This document shows, one piece after another, positions 63,901 through 64,000 of a stretch of 64,000 bases of DNA. The number at the start of each line of letters is the position of its first letter. Position 1 is the stretch's first letter. The stretch is from Octopus vulgaris (Eukaryota), in assembly GCA_951406725.2 (NCBI GenBank), contig OX597816.1, positions 66,216,001-66,280,000 of the forward strand, given 5' to 3'. Position numbers and translations under genes: made by a program. Under the pieces are notes generated by a model. That model was not told the origin of the DNA. It saw only the letters and a list, made by a program, of their open reading frames with translations, and ran no database searches.

Positions 63901-64000
63901 GTGAGTAAAATTTGGTAACATCTCGAATATTTATACGCATTCTATTCTTATCTGAAATTTAAAAACAAATTATTGTAATTATCATTCAGTAAGAAGGAAG

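Overview
AT-rich, repeat-dense eukaryotic DNA. The repeat inventory and gene structure fit a coleoid cephalopod, probably Octopus (inference). The one secure gene is the 5' part of pyruvate dehydrogenase E1-alpha (PDHA1, + strand): six coding exons from 52387 to 63900, continuing past the window end. Most of the rest is mobile DNA: a near-full-length Tc1 (DD34E) with IR/DR ends, a full-length mariner nested in a SINE, other mariner, rosa-like and pogo remnants, a Merlin deletion derivative, Helitron-type elements, RTE, CR1 and Penelope-like retroelement fragments, and several SINE families. The most unusual signal is a set of six hammerhead-ribozyme-like motifs in Penelope-type or (TA)n-inserted elements. 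These include a family with a fixed CUGUUGA core, one copy of which lies in sense orientation in PDHA1 intron 2, and a variant with a long stem II. A CpG-retaining island at about 12.6-18.7 kb has promoter motifs and exon-like segments, one resembling the NBR1 PB1 N-terminus, and points to further unannotated gene(s). Everything was read by eye, and no database searches were run.
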